Positions 18,609-28,833 are shown, counted from the first letter of the stretch. The stretch: DNA of 64,000 bases from a virus (IMGVR_UViG_3300032304_001987:6424-70423); one strand, 5' to 3'. Program-made: numbers and translations. Notes: a model not told the origin generated them from the letters alone.

Positions 18609-19812
18609 AATCTATTGCTTGTGCAAATTCTGGTTGAACTATGGCCAAGTTTTGTTGACGTTTGCGATCTAGATCTGCTATCTTCATCCGCAAAATAAAT
18701 CCATCCAGGCTTGCACCGCCATTCATAAACTTAATGATGTTTTCAAATTCTGCACGATGACGTTTGCTGACCTGTGCTGATTGTAATCGTTGGGTTATTT
18801 GTTGTTTGACTGGTTCTGGCAAGGTATTAATACTAAAATAGTAAGCTTCATGCATCATATTCCAATACACAAAATCAAATGCCTGTGTGTCAATCCATGT
18901 GGCCAGATCCGCAAGATAAAGAACATTAAACACGTTCACTGTGCTACATACCTGCAGTTGTATGTTACTGTGTCGATCACGCATGAGTTTGAATTTCTGT
19001 ATGTTTTCTACAACCTCAGACCATAAAGCATTGGTTCGTTGATATTCAAATCTAGCACCCACATCGTCGATGCTGAATGCAATTTCAACTGTTTTAAAAT
19101 GTTGCCAGATCTGTTCAGCGTGCTCAGGCCATTGTGTACCATTGGTATTGTAGTGTATTTCTATCTGAGCGGCCAAGCCTCGATCTACCAAGCCTTGCAA
19201 CATATCAAAATGTTCTTGGATCATGAATGGTTCGCCGCCGGTGAATTCTATATAGCGGATCTGGTCACTTACTTGTTCTATCTCCGACCAGAAGGTTTGA
19301 TTTTCTCTGGGCCAGGCACCGGCACGCAACATCTGATAGTGATAATTGCTCTTGCGATTTTCATCAGCACTTAAATTGGCCAGCTCTTCTGTGGCAAATG
19401 TGCTGGAGCTCCACGATCCACATATACGGCATTTCAAATTACATATATTGCCCAGCTTCAAGTCTAAGAACATTAAGGGTTTGGCCTCTGCTGTCCATTC
19501 GGTTTCGTCAGCCAGCATATGCTTTAATCGATCCAGAGTGTGCATACGCTTACTGACTCGTCCGCTACGTTCTTCTCTCCAGCATTTACGGCATGTTTGT
19601 GGTTGTTTGCCATCAACAAACGCTTGTCTAAGTTCCTGCATGCTACGGCTGTTTTGTATGGTGCCAAACTCAGCATGGGCCAGATCGAACTTGATGCCGG
19701 TATCGTCTACCAGTTCATCTTCGGCCAAGCAACACGGACGTACAGTGCCAACAGGACTGGTTTCTAAACTGACCCAGGGTAGTACACAAAATCGATCATG
19801 TGGTATGTTCAT
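18592..19812 (-). CDS. radical SAM protein with N-terminal SPASM/twitch-like domain
   Basis: CNLKCRIC, GGEP, YNTNG; N-terminal CVLPW..PCC..CRKC. Confidence 0.9.
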   Translation of the reverse strand: MNIPHDRFCVLPWVSLETSPVGTVRPCCLAEDELVDDTGIKFDLAHAEFGTIQNSRSMQELRQAFVDGKQPQTCRKCWREERSGRVSKRMHTLDRLKHMLADETEWTAEAKPLMFLDLKLGNICNLKCRICGSWSSSTFATEELANLSADENRKSNYHYQMLRAGAWPRENQTFWSEIEQVSDQIRYIEFTGGEPFMIQEHFDMLQGLVDRGLAAQIEIHYNTNGTQWPEHAEQIWQHFKTVEIAFSIDDVGARFEYQRTNALWSEVVENIQKFKLMRDRHSNIQLQVCSTVNVFNVLYLADLATWIDTQAFDFVYWNMMHEAYYFSINTLPEPVKQQITQRLQSAQVSKRHRAEFENIIKFMNGGASLDGFILRMKIADLDRKRQQNLAIVQPEFAQAIDYVGPN

Positions 19813-21167
19813 TGTTGTTTGAGTATTCTATGAGTGCGTCCATTTGGTGCACGGGTTTCTTCTGGACGATATTCAATGATAGCTTCTAGTTCGGGTACCA
19901 CTGCCAATAAACTTTCGTTACGTGCCCAATCCAAATCATTTACAGTTCGCCAAAAGTCTGGGAGCAAATGACTGTTATCAGTGGCCATCATAAACTCTAT
20001 GGCTCCGCGGAATCCGCCCACAGCACGTTGAATTGTATCACGGGGTTCTAGCCAACGTATATGCTCTTCAAACTCTGCTTTGAACCGTTGCTTGATATCT
20101 GCAGGCAACATGTCGATACGATAGTCTTGCGGACCTTGTAGGATGTTTAGGTTAAAGTCTTGTGCCGCAATAAAGCCCGACTCTACCATGTAACGATGGA
20201 AACGTGTAAAGTTCCATATGTTCATCATGCTTAGGGTAGGGCTGATCATAAAGTCTATATGCGGGCATTGTTCTTTCAGGTCTCGCATATTTTGTTCTAC
20301 TTTGGCCCAGTCTGTGCCTGAACGTATAATTTCAGCTCGGTCACCCATGTCATCCAAACTGGCAGCCACGCACACGTTAGGGAAATGCTTCCATAAGTCC
20401 AGCACACTTTCTCGCTTGTAGCGTAGCTCGTTCAAGTTAGTATTATAAATTAGTCTAACATTGGTATTGCCTTTTTCTATCAGCAATTTAAGTATGCGAT
20501 TATGCTCTTCCATAATTAGCGGTTCGCCGCCGGCAAAGTATATTTGATCCAAGTGCGGAACATGCTCTTGCATTTGCTCCCACACATCTTCTTCGTGGCG
20601 GCCAGCAAATTGCACACGTGGGCGCAGTTCCTTGCCCCATAGTTTGACATCATCGTCGTACCAGCGACTGCTGAAGATACTGCCGCAACTACGGCATTTG
20701 AGTTGACATATATTACTGAAGCGAACGTCCCAATAGTGCAGCCTAAAGTCGGGTGTTGACCCATCTGGCAGTGTAGCGTCTACTTCGCCTATGTGTTGTC
20801 CAAAGTTCTTGTTTGAGTTGTTGCGCATACTGGCAAATCCAAAGCTTTCTTGCTCGTAGCAATCACCACACTCTGCACAAGGTCGATCCTCCAGCATGTT
20901 ACGGCGCATGGCCCGCATGGGTTCGTCGTTCCAAATCTCACGCATGGGTTTTTCTTTAAAGTTGCCCACAGGATGTGCGGCCTTGCCCAAACAGCAAGGG
21001 TAAGCACGACCGTCGGGCCATGCGTGTAAGTGTATCCAGGGTAGCATACAAAACGTATCTGATTCCATCAGTCTATGCTTTTGAACTTCTGTCAAGTCCT
21101 CTAATTTAATATAACTGGGCACACGATCTTGCCAATTGTACTTGCCTATAATTTTCTTTTCGCTCAT
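19809..21167 (-). CDS. radical SAM protein with N-terminal SPASM/twitch-like domain
   Basis: CQLKCRSC, GGEP; CMLPW..PCC..CGDC; ATGA-coupled start at 21167. Confidence 0.9.
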   Translation of the reverse strand: MSEKKIIGKYNWQDRVPSYIKLEDLTEVQKHRLMESDTFCMLPWIHLHAWPDGRAYPCCLGKAAHPVGNFKEKPMREIWNDEPMRAMRRNMLEDRPCAECGDCYEQESFGFASMRNNSNKNFGQHIGEVDATLPDGSTPDFRLHYWDVRFSNICQLKCRSCGSIFSSRWYDDDVKLWGKELRPRVQFAGRHEEDVWEQMQEHVPHLDQIYFAGGEPLIMEEHNRILKLLIEKGNTNVRLIYNTNLNELRYKRESVLDLWKHFPNVCVAASLDDMGDRAEIIRSGTDWAKVEQNMRDLKEQCPHIDFMISPTLSMMNIWNFTRFHRYMVESGFIAAQDFNLNILQGPQDYRIDMLPADIKQRFKAEFEEHIRWLEPRDTIQRAVGGFRGAIEFMMATDNSHLLPDFWRTVNDLDWARNESLLAVVPELEAIIEYRPEETRAPNGRTHRILKQQ

Positions 21168-22495
21168 AATGTGTTGTACCAATCAGCCAATGCTGGAAAT
21201 GTTTCGGTAAAGTTTTTGCCACGACGTTGATCGTACTGTGAGAAGAACTGTTTGAAATCGTTGTGTAGTTTGGGCATGTCAAATGCTTCGCTGTGCGGAG
21301 TTTTAACCACATCCAAATAATCAATCAAGCGTTGTAGATGATTGAGTTCATGCTCGTGCATGTATGGATTATTTTGATTGCGATATAAAAAATCTTGTAA
21401 TCTTACTTTGTATCGAGTGCGCAATTCATCGGGCAGGACCAGGGGATTTTGGAAGCTGGGGAAGCGCAGGATATTTAAAGTAAAGCTCACACGCTCACGT
21501 CCGTACATTTGCTTAAATTCTTGCAATTGATTCAGCAAGCCGGTCAGGCTATCCAAGCACAAGGCATTGATTGTTGCCATGCAATGTACTGCTCTCACAC
21601 GATTGCTGTCAAGCAATTTCTGAACATTGGCCGTCCAGGCAGTGTAGTCTAGGCCGTCACGTATGTATTCAGCTTGCGTGTATACACTTTCTTGGCTGGT
21701 GTATATGTCTACCTCTAATCCATTGATACTGTCTAACAATCGATCTAGGTCAACTTCGGCACCCAAGTTACTGTTGATAGCCAACCGTGTTTTACTACGT
21801 CCTGGATTGTTTTTGAACCAATCAATTAGTTTCCAGGTATCACCCGACATTAAGGGTTCGCCGCCGGTTATTCTTAGTTCTTGGAGTGTTCGGTGTAAAT
21901 CTGTTTCCCACCAAGCAAAGAACGCTTCAACGTAGGGATTAGTTTCACCAAAGCGGTATAGTTGACTGTTAGCATGATCATGAGTAAAGTGCCCACGCCC
22001 ATCAGACACCAGGCGCTCATAGGCGCCATTGCGTTGTATGTCTTTAACCCATGTAGTACTGAAAGCAGGATTACAATAGCTACAAGCGAATTGGCAAGTG
22101 CGATCGAATGCAATTTCAAGTGTGCGTAAATTGACGTCCGCTTGGTGCGGAGTTTGGTATGCTTCATTTAAGGCCTCTATAGGGTAAATTTTACTTTTAT
22201 ACACACGGTCGCTGATACTATCGCGACCTATGTCTTCGATCTTCCAACAATACTCGCACCCACTGGGTCTTTCCCCAGCTTGCATCATTGCACGATCTTG
22301 TTTTTTCTGTGCGGTGTTGTGTATGGCACTGGGATTGGTTGCTATGGCTTCTGGATCAATGACATGTGCCGGCGGATGATGACAACTGGTAGTCTGTCCC
22401 GAACCTAACCAGATAGTTGCATTATACCATTTGGCTGCGCAGAAGCTGGCACTTTTGGTATCCAAGACTTGACGGCGGAATTCTAAATCATTCAT
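21164..22495 (-). CDS. radical SAM protein with N-terminal twitch-like domain
   Basis: CQFACSYC, GGEP; CAAKW..SCHHP..CEYCW. Confidence 0.9.
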   Translation of the reverse strand: MNDLEFRRQVLDTKSASFCAAKWYNATIWLGSGQTTSCHHPPAHVIDPEAIATNPSAIHNTAQKKQDRAMMQAGERPSGCEYCWKIEDIGRDSISDRVYKSKIYPIEALNEAYQTPHQADVNLRTLEIAFDRTCQFACSYCNPAFSTTWVKDIQRNGAYERLVSDGRGHFTHDHANSQLYRFGETNPYVEAFFAWWETDLHRTLQELRITGGEPLMSGDTWKLIDWFKNNPGRSKTRLAINSNLGAEVDLDRLLDSINGLEVDIYTSQESVYTQAEYIRDGLDYTAWTANVQKLLDSNRVRAVHCMATINALCLDSLTGLLNQLQEFKQMYGRERVSFTLNILRFPSFQNPLVLPDELRTRYKVRLQDFLYRNQNNPYMHEHELNHLQRLIDYLDVVKTPHSEAFDMPKLHNDFKQFFSQYDQRRGKNFTETFPALADWYNTL

Positions 22496-23631
22496 TGATA
22501 TTGGTTGATAAATTGGGCAAAACGGTCAGGAAATTCTTGCCTGTGTGTGAGTCGGAGTTCAGCAAGCTGTTGCTGATTGTATTTACATGTATTATAGCAT
22601 TCATCCAAGAAACTTGCAAGATCCTGTTGGCATAAGTCTGTGATTACCTGTATCACACGGTCCACGCGATCTTGATGCTGTTCAATACTGTCAAATGTCT
22701 CATCAATCACGTGACCAAATGTCTTGAATCCTAGACGGTGCAAGTCACGGTAAAAGCCAGCGTTGCTGACCACTATGAATGGATGACCCATGGCCAATGG
22801 TTTGGCTATCTTTTCTGTGCGGAAACTGTAGGCACTTTCGGCACAGATGGTTTCAGTCACAACACTGAAGTAAGTGTCAATGTAGGGCGCAGGTTCAAGA
22901 TATATCTCTCCCCATTCCAGGTTGAATAATTCTTGTTTTAGATTGGTGGAATCTGCATTGATAGGCCCAAACACAGGTTCACGATAACGATCAACTTCAT
23001 ACTGATCTGGCAGGCGTTGCAGAGCCGACGAGGTGGCCATGACATCCGTGCCATTTTCTCTGAATTGGAAACTGCGCACAATAGTTGGCTTGGCATCCAG
23101 CATGGTCCACAAGGCTTGATCCAATACTCCAGATCTACGCAAACGTTCATACATGTATTTGCGATGTGGGCGGGCTCGACCATTTAGAAACAAAAATTTA
23201 TATGGTTTATTTTTTTGTGAAAATATTTTGTCAGTGTTGTGCTGTGCTTGTAAATTTTCTTGGTAGTCAAGAATTCTTGGTAGAAAATGTTCGTGTGTGA
23301 TGTGAGCATATTCTGTAGCAATCTCAGCGCCGGCGATGACTAATATTTTTCCTTCACGCACCAATTGATCTATGTGCAATTGTTTCAGCTGAGTTTCTAG
23401 TGTCCATGCTCCTTCGGCGCTGTTGCCAAACACAAATATATATTGACCAGTTTGTGCCAACTCACAAATCAAGGCAAGATTGTCTAACAAATGTTGACGA
23501 CCAAACACATAAATGGTGCCAGGTTCCAAGGTAACTTGACTAAAATCCCAAAAACTTTGATCAGTCCAAGGCTTGAGCAGGTCGTATACCTCGCTCATGG
23601 TATCGCTTACTAATTTACGACTGCCTAGCAT
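22492..23631 (-). CDS. putative glycosyltransferase (TEK-motif, GT10-like) paralogue 3
   Basis: FLNGRARPHR; VVTETI..FRTEKIAKPLAMGHPFI...GFKTF..VIDETFD. Confidence 0.55.
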   Translation of the reverse strand: MLGSRKLVSDTMSEVYDLLKPWTDQSFWDFSQVTLEPGTIYVFGRQHLLDNLALICELAQTGQYIFVFGNSAEGAWTLETQLKQLHIDQLVREGKILVIAGAEIATEYAHITHEHFLPRILDYQENLQAQHNTDKIFSQKNKPYKFLFLNGRARPHRKYMYERLRRSGVLDQALWTMLDAKPTIVRSFQFRENGTDVMATSSALQRLPDQYEVDRYREPVFGPINADSTNLKQELFNLEWGEIYLEPAPYIDTYFSVVTETICAESAYSFRTEKIAKPLAMGHPFIVVSNAGFYRDLHRLGFKTFGHVIDETFDSIEQHQDRVDRVIQVITDLCQQDLASFLDECYNTCKYNQQQLAELRLTHRQEFPDRFAQFINQYQ

Positions 23632-25549
23632 GATACTCACATTCTGACCACCAGGTGGCCATTTCTGGAAAGGTCTTTAAAAAATCCGTGCCGCGTCTGC
23701 GATCATGTTCACTAAAGAATCTATAAAAGTCTGCCTTGTTTTTTGTGATGTAGGCCAGATCCAGTTTCTGCCCGTCACGCATCCAGGCTATGTCGCGGTC
23801 CAGGCGTGCTATTTCGTAATCTTTGAATCCTTGAAATCTAGTATCTTTGGTTTCAATCTGTCGTATCATCCAGGCCCAAAGATATTCTAACTGTTCCACA
23901 TATGATTCTGGAAGGATCTGCAGACTTTGCCAAGCGGGTTGACGCAACACAGGTGTGTCAAACCATACACGCTGATAGGTTTTTGAATATATTTTACGCA
24001 GTCCTAGTATGCCAGCAAACAAGTTTGGCAAGCCAGTTACACTTAGGTTATTCATAGTTATAATAAAGGTAACACTATTACGATAAGGAACTTCTGTTAG
24101 GAATTGATTAACACGATCCCATAACAAGTCAAATTCTAGGCCGTGTCTGATATATTCAGCTTGCGGGCCAAAGCTGTCCAAACTAATATACTGCATAAAG
24201 TGTTCAAGCACTCCTTCTTGGCACAGTTCTTTACAATAGCCCAAATACTTCTGCCAGGTTTTTTCATCTACGCTGAAGTTTGACGTTACGTTTAAGTGTA
24301 GGTCTGGTTTAGGATTAGCTAGTACATAGTCAAATACCCGATAGGTATTCTTGTCTAGCATGGGTTCGCCACCGGTCATGCGGAAGTGTTCTAGTTCTGG
24401 ATATAGTGTAGGCCACCATTCCCAAAATGCATCTACATAAGGATTAGGTTGCGAGTTAGGGATAGGAAGATTACGCCCAGTGAAATGACTAGGGTCGTTG
24501 TGAATAGTACTAGTAGGATACCCGCCCCATTTAGTGACCTCTTGCTGCCATGTACTGCTGAATTGAGGACTACAATAGCTACAAGCCAGGTTACAAGCAT
24601 GATTAAAATTAACTTCCACATAGCTAGGTATAATATCATCGTTCCATTCTCCGCTAACAATTTTTCCAAAATCTTTTGCGGCCCAAGGCTCGCCACTACG
24701 ATAGTGTCTATCTGACAACTTACCGTTATCCTCCATAGCCCAACAATAGCTACACTCGCCGGGTCGTTCACCATCAAGCATAAGTTTACGCTGAGTTTTT
24801 TTGTATGCGGTATTATGCAATCCACTAGGACTACGCTGAATATCTTCTAATCGAATTTCATGTAAAGGTGGATGATAGCACGAGTTATTAAGTCCTGTAG
24901 GTAAATGTAAACTAACTTGTTTCCATTTAGCTAAACACATACTTGGGCTTATTTTGTCTAGCCTCTGCTTCATGATTTCAGCGTCACTTAAAAATTTAGA
25001 TTTAAATCCTTCAACAATTTTATCACCTGGTAGTTGATTTAAATCGTGTGGTTGGTATTCCTGGATGGCTTGTTGGTATTCCTGGCTGTTGACCGCAAGA
25101 AATTCTAATTTCATCATCTGGGCAAATTCTGATATATCGTTATTGATATCAACTATTATATCAGCTCCTTGTGTGTCCATTGGATATTGTTTATAGTACT
25201 TTTTATGATATGATAAATGGGCTTTTGCATGTTCTAATTTATCTGGCATATTTTTATTGCGGTGCTGGTCTTCTAAGTACCACTCTCGTTGTAGACTATT
25301 TTCTAAATTTGACTTAATAACTACAACTTTATGTCCAGGAAATAGTTGATTCAATAATGGAACATTTACACAGTGAGTAAGTATCAAATCTTGATTAGAT
25401 AATTTAGATTCTAGTGTTAAATACCGATATTCAAAATGTTGATCTTTGAGTAAGTGATCGTAGGTAGTTAGGCTAGTAAATTCTTGTTGTCCTTGCAGAA
25501 TATGATAATATCTATTGCCGCCTGCTCCTGGATAAAATGCTATAATCAT
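23615..25549 (-). CDS. radical SAM protein (twitch-like) with an extra AT-rich N-terminal domain
   Basis: CNLACSYC, GGEP; CLAKW..SCYHP..CSYCW; N-terminal ~180 aa begin IIAFYPGAGGN. Confidence 0.88.
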   Translation of the reverse strand: MIIAFYPGAGGNRYYHILQGQQEFTSLTTYDHLLKDQHFEYRYLTLESKLSNQDLILTHCVNVPLLNQLFPGHKVVVIKSNLENSLQREWYLEDQHRNKNMPDKLEHAKAHLSYHKKYYKQYPMDTQGADIIVDINNDISEFAQMMKLEFLAVNSQEYQQAIQEYQPHDLNQLPGDKIVEGFKSKFLSDAEIMKQRLDKISPSMCLAKWKQVSLHLPTGLNNSCYHPPLHEIRLEDIQRSPSGLHNTAYKKTQRKLMLDGERPGECSYCWAMEDNGKLSDRHYRSGEPWAAKDFGKIVSGEWNDDIIPSYVEVNFNHACNLACSYCSPQFSSTWQQEVTKWGGYPTSTIHNDPSHFTGRNLPIPNSQPNPYVDAFWEWWPTLYPELEHFRMTGGEPMLDKNTYRVFDYVLANPKPDLHLNVTSNFSVDEKTWQKYLGYCKELCQEGVLEHFMQYISLDSFGPQAEYIRHGLEFDLLWDRVNQFLTEVPYRNSVTFIITMNNLSVTGLPNLFAGILGLRKIYSKTYQRVWFDTPVLRQPAWQSLQILPESYVEQLEYLWAWMIRQIETKDTRFQGFKDYEIARLDRDIAWMRDGQKLDLAYITKNKADFYRFFSEHDRRRGTDFLKTFPEMATWWSECEYHARQS

Positions 25550-26097
25550 AATTTTGTTATTTTTATATAAAAAATATCAATGTCAAAAAGTCTGTCTGAA
25601 ATTGTTAATCCACCCAATGATAATATTAAATCTAACTCATTAATAATTTGATCATATGAAAATTTTAATCTATGAAATAACAAAGTAGTAATCGGAATGG
25701 CCACTATTATGTTTCCTTGTTGTTTTAGCATAGGAGCAAATTTATTAATAATTGTTGCACACCTGTTAATTGATTTGTATTTAAACTCTGTTAACCCGGT
25801 TAACATTATATTATTATACTGAGTATTTTCTACTATTTTGTCGTATGAATCAACAAAATTTATATTTTTTACATTTAATCTATTCCATATAATCTCTGAG
25901 TTGGTTAGTTCGATTATTTTATCGAACTGAATTTCCTTCATCAACGGGTATGGAAAACTGTCAATTGATATAGTTGTTCCTTGTAAAATGTTATTTTTTA
26001 TAAAATTTAACATGTTGGGAGACAGTGATCGAAATCTAAATACAGGATGTAATGCTTTATAAACCTGCCAGGCAAACAATACTTTTTTTATGTGCAT
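25546..26097 (-). CDS. AT-rich hypothetical protein, possibly a degenerate SAM-methyltransferase fold
   Basis: C-terminal ...MLKQQGNIIV... resembles the class I MTase L.pGG motif; weak. Confidence 0.5.
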   Translation of the reverse strand: MHIKKVLFAWQVYKALHPVFRFRSLSPNMLNFIKNNILQGTTISIDSFPYPLMKEIQFDKIIELTNSEIIWNRLNVKNINFVDSYDKIVENTQYNNIMLTGLTEFKYKSINRCATIINKFAPMLKQQGNIIVAIPITTLLFHRLKFSYDQIINELDLILSLGGLTISDRLFDIDIFYIKITKL

Positions 26098-26582
26098 GAT
26101 TTCTTTTTATAATATATGTTTGTTGTTGGGTGTACAAAATTAAAATATTTTCCATCATCATACTCAATATACGATTGTTTAATTTTTAAAAAATCTAACT
26201 TAGTGACTGATAAACTAACTATGTCAATTAAGTCTTGATCATAATTGTTTGTTAGCGTATTCCAAGATTGATCGGTGGTTATTAAGTATTTGTTAATTGC
26301 TATATAAACCCAATTTGGACTATTAGCTTGTATTTTTTGTCTAATTGTTACTAACTCCTCTTCTAATTTGTTATAAAGTTGATTTACAAAAATTACTAGT
26401 AGATCATTATTGTAAGGTGTGTTAATGCTACAAAATGGCAATTTTGATTGCCAATATTCAATATCGGGTTCGCCATCAAACGCTACACTTATAATATTAT
26501 TTTGTTTTATAAAATCAATAAGTTGTTCATCTTGCAAAATTTTGCAACCAAGTCCTTTCAATTGCTGGATTCTCCAACTCAT
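26088..26582 (-). CDS. AT-rich hypothetical protein
   Basis: 164-aa ORF overlapping the downstream gene; DDGKYFNFVHPTT motif. Confidence 0.6.
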   Translation of the reverse strand: MSWRIQQLKGLGCKILQDEQLIDFIKQNNIISVAFDGEPDIEYWQSKLPFCSINTPYNNDLLVIFVNQLYNKLEEELVTIRQKIQANSPNWVYIAINKYLITTDQSWNTLTNNYDQDLIDIVSLSVTKLDFLKIKQSYIEYDDGKYFNFVHPTTNIYYKKKSCT

Positions 26583-26585
26583 ACT

Positions 26586-27515
26586 TTACCAGCCTTCTTG
26601 GTTTCTAATTATATCAATTTCTTTAACCATAACACCTAGGTTGTGCCAGTTGGATCTGTAATGTTGTTTAAAGAATGCGCTTTCTGGGCCTAGCATTGTA
26701 ACCATTGGCAAATCTAGTTGCGTAGCTAAATCATCTGCAACACGACCTGCTAGTATTTCTGGATTGGAATCCTTTACTGTCTCCCATAACTTTTCTAATT
26801 CTGCAAAATCTTGTACCGTACGATGATCCCACGCTGGAGTAATCATTGTCATATAGGTGCCCATTCTAGCACCGGCAATTGCCCAGATCCCGTTATCCAC
26901 ATCACGCCCTACGTTGTGCCAAATAGTTAAATGATCTAGGTTACGCTGATGCACACGTTGTTTAAATTCTTGTAGCGTTGGCCGAGCTCCTTTGTTCAAG
27001 CACATTTTGACACCTTCGCGGAATCCAGCACGCCAGGCCTGGAATGCTGTGGCATTAGGGTAAGTGGTTGAGTAGCAATCGTGCATGGCCCAGTACAAAG
27101 GGTCAAAACAAAATTCAACTTGGGTTTCTGCTCGGCCATCTGTGGCTTCGTGAGTTTGCATGTTATTGACAAATGTTCTAGTCCACGAACTTAATCCACC
27201 GTTGCCATACATTAGTCCATTGATGTGATTTCTGGCACGCCAACGAAACACCGCCTGCTCATATTCTTCTGTGGGAAACTCCAAAGTGAGATTAAAAAAC
27301 TGTTCCGTGGGTATGTTGTCGCCATCAATGAGTATGAAACGTTCGGTTGAACTGGCCTTGGCAGCTGCCTTGTGTGCGGCATCACTACCTCGGACTCCGT
27401 CCACACGTTTGGCCCAGGGCACCATGTTGCGTATCCGAACCCAGAACTCTTCGCGTTGAGGTTCATCATAGGTCAGATAGATACAATCTAGGTCGGCGAT
27501 ATCAATGCGTTTCAT
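26586..27515 (-). CDS. glycosyltransferase-like (GT-A-type) protein
   Basis: IYLTYDEP, GVRGSDAAHKAAA, FILIDGDN (DxD), NGLMYGNGG, AWRAGFREGVKM. Confidence 0.65.
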   Translation of the reverse strand: MKRIDIADLDCIYLTYDEPQREEFWVRIRNMVPWAKRVDGVRGSDAAHKAAAKASSTERFILIDGDNIPTEQFFNLTLEFPTEEYEQAVFRWRARNHINGLMYGNGGLSSWTRTFVNNMQTHEATDGRAETQVEFCFDPLYWAMHDCYSTTYPNATAFQAWRAGFREGVKMCLNKGARPTLQEFKQRVHQRNLDHLTIWHNVGRDVDNGIWAIAGARMGTYMTMITPAWDHRTVQDFAELEKLWETVKDSNPEILAGRVADDLATQLDLPMVTMLGPESAFFKQHYRSNWHNLGVMVKEIDIIRNQEGW

Positions 27516-27861
27516 TGGCGATCATTTTCCATTTGGTATGAGTTTGATCTGGTGGTACTATAACACAAATGTCTTGCGGATGACAAGAAAGCCCGTCAGT
27601 GTCGCTGTGTTGAAGTTTTTTTACTGTTACTGCAGGTGGAATAATGTGCAATTTTTCATCTACCACACGCACATTCCAGCGTGACGAAATGTAAGTTTCG
27701 CGATCAACTTCGATATACTTACCAGGCAAGTCTTCCATGGTATAGCAATTGGGAGTACCATCTTCGTTGTAGTACAGTCTAAATGACACAGCTACAGGTT
27801 CTGGCCACTCAAACTCGGCCATTACTTTTAAAAAATTTTCTGTAGTTTGGTTAGTCATCAT
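27502..27861 (-). CDS. hypothetical protein
   Basis: Likely start ATG 27861 or 27858; FRLYYNEDG motif. Confidence 0.65.
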   Translation of the reverse strand: MMTNQTTENFLKVMAEFEWPEPVAVSFRLYYNEDGTPNCYTMEDLPGKYIEVDRETYISSRWNVRVVDEKLHIIPPAVTVKKLQHSDTDGLSCHPQDICVIVPPDQTHTKWKMIANETH

Positions 27862-28114
27862 TTCTTTGTTGATCTGCTCGGGCTTGTTGTTCAAAACTTT
27901 TTTCTTGTATGGTTTTTTCTCTCCAGGTCCTGCGTGGATTTGCACACAACAAGCAGTGCGGGCGACCGCAGTTCATGGCATGGTGTTTGGCATACCTGTG
28001 ATATTCTTTGACGGTGATTCCGTGTGCTCGGGCAATGCGAACCTGACGGATTTCTGCATCGCGTGTTTTGCTGATACGTCTGCTGTGTTTGATGCGTTCT
28101 TGATCGTTGCTCAT
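27851..28114 (-). CDS. small basic Cys/His (Zn-binding-like) protein
   Basis: ATGA-coupled start at 28114; KHHAMNCGRPHCLLCANPRR. Confidence 0.65.
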   Translation of the reverse strand: MSNDQERIKHSRRISKTRDAEIRQVRIARAHGITVKEYHRYAKHHAMNCGRPHCLLCANPRRTWREKTIQEKSFEQQARADQQRNDD

Positions 28115-28833
28115 TGTGACCACTCCTTTTGATGGTAATGCACAAACCCACTCTGTGCAATAGTGTTTATCCTGAAAGGATCTGTTTCCCAGATTAATTC
28201 TTTGGTCCAATCACGGCACTGCAAGGCGTTGATGTGTTGTTTCATATGTACAATAGTTGGACCAAGTCCAGCAGGCAACGTGACCTGTTGTGGTCCCATG
28301 ATCTGTGCGGCCATGGCATACACAAGATCGGTACTGGCAGTTTCTTCAGGAAATTTTAATAGTTTCCTAAACTCTGTCCAGTTTTCAAATATGCTTCTGA
28401 CCAGGCCAAAAAATTCTTGTGCAACCTTGCTTAATCTCCAATAGGTGATGGCATTGTACACATCCGGTAAGTGGTTGGCATCAAAACATTTTCTATAGTA
28501 TCTAGAAGTTGCTGGTTCGTTGTAATAAGTCCTTGCTCCTAGACTGACCACAACATCACGCAGTTCAAACAAGGTCCACCAATGGTCTACTGAGCTGGCC
28601 GCGATCATGTCGGCTTCCAGTTTGATGGTTTGTCTATAAGGACTGATCTTAAACATCTGCCAGTCATTGGCCCAACCACCCAGATCGCCGTGTGGCAACA
28701 TGTCTTGGGTCACTATGGTAACATGGGCCGTAGGATGCCAATGCAAGATGCTGTCACGCAGTTGATCAGCACAGCGTTCGTATTCTGCACCGATAGCTGG
28801 AATCAAGTATCCACGTTCATGAATTGCTGGCAA
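28111..28833 (-). CDS. GT8-like nucleotide-diphospho-sugar transferase
   Basis: GYLIPA...Y...A..L..SI, SPYRQTIKLEADM, HMK, C-terminal HYHQK. Confidence 0.65.
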   Translation of the reverse strand: MPAIHERGYLIPAIGAEYERCADQLRDSILHWHPTAHVTIVTQDMLPHGDLGGWANDWQMFKISPYRQTIKLEADMIAASSVDHWWTLFELRDVVVSLGARTYYNEPATSRYYRKCFDANHLPDVYNAITYWRLSKVAQEFFGLVRSIFENWTEFRKLLKFPEETASTDLVYAMAAQIMGPQQVTLPAGLGPTIVHMKQHINALQCRDWTKELIWETDPFRINTIAQSGFVHYHQKEWSQ

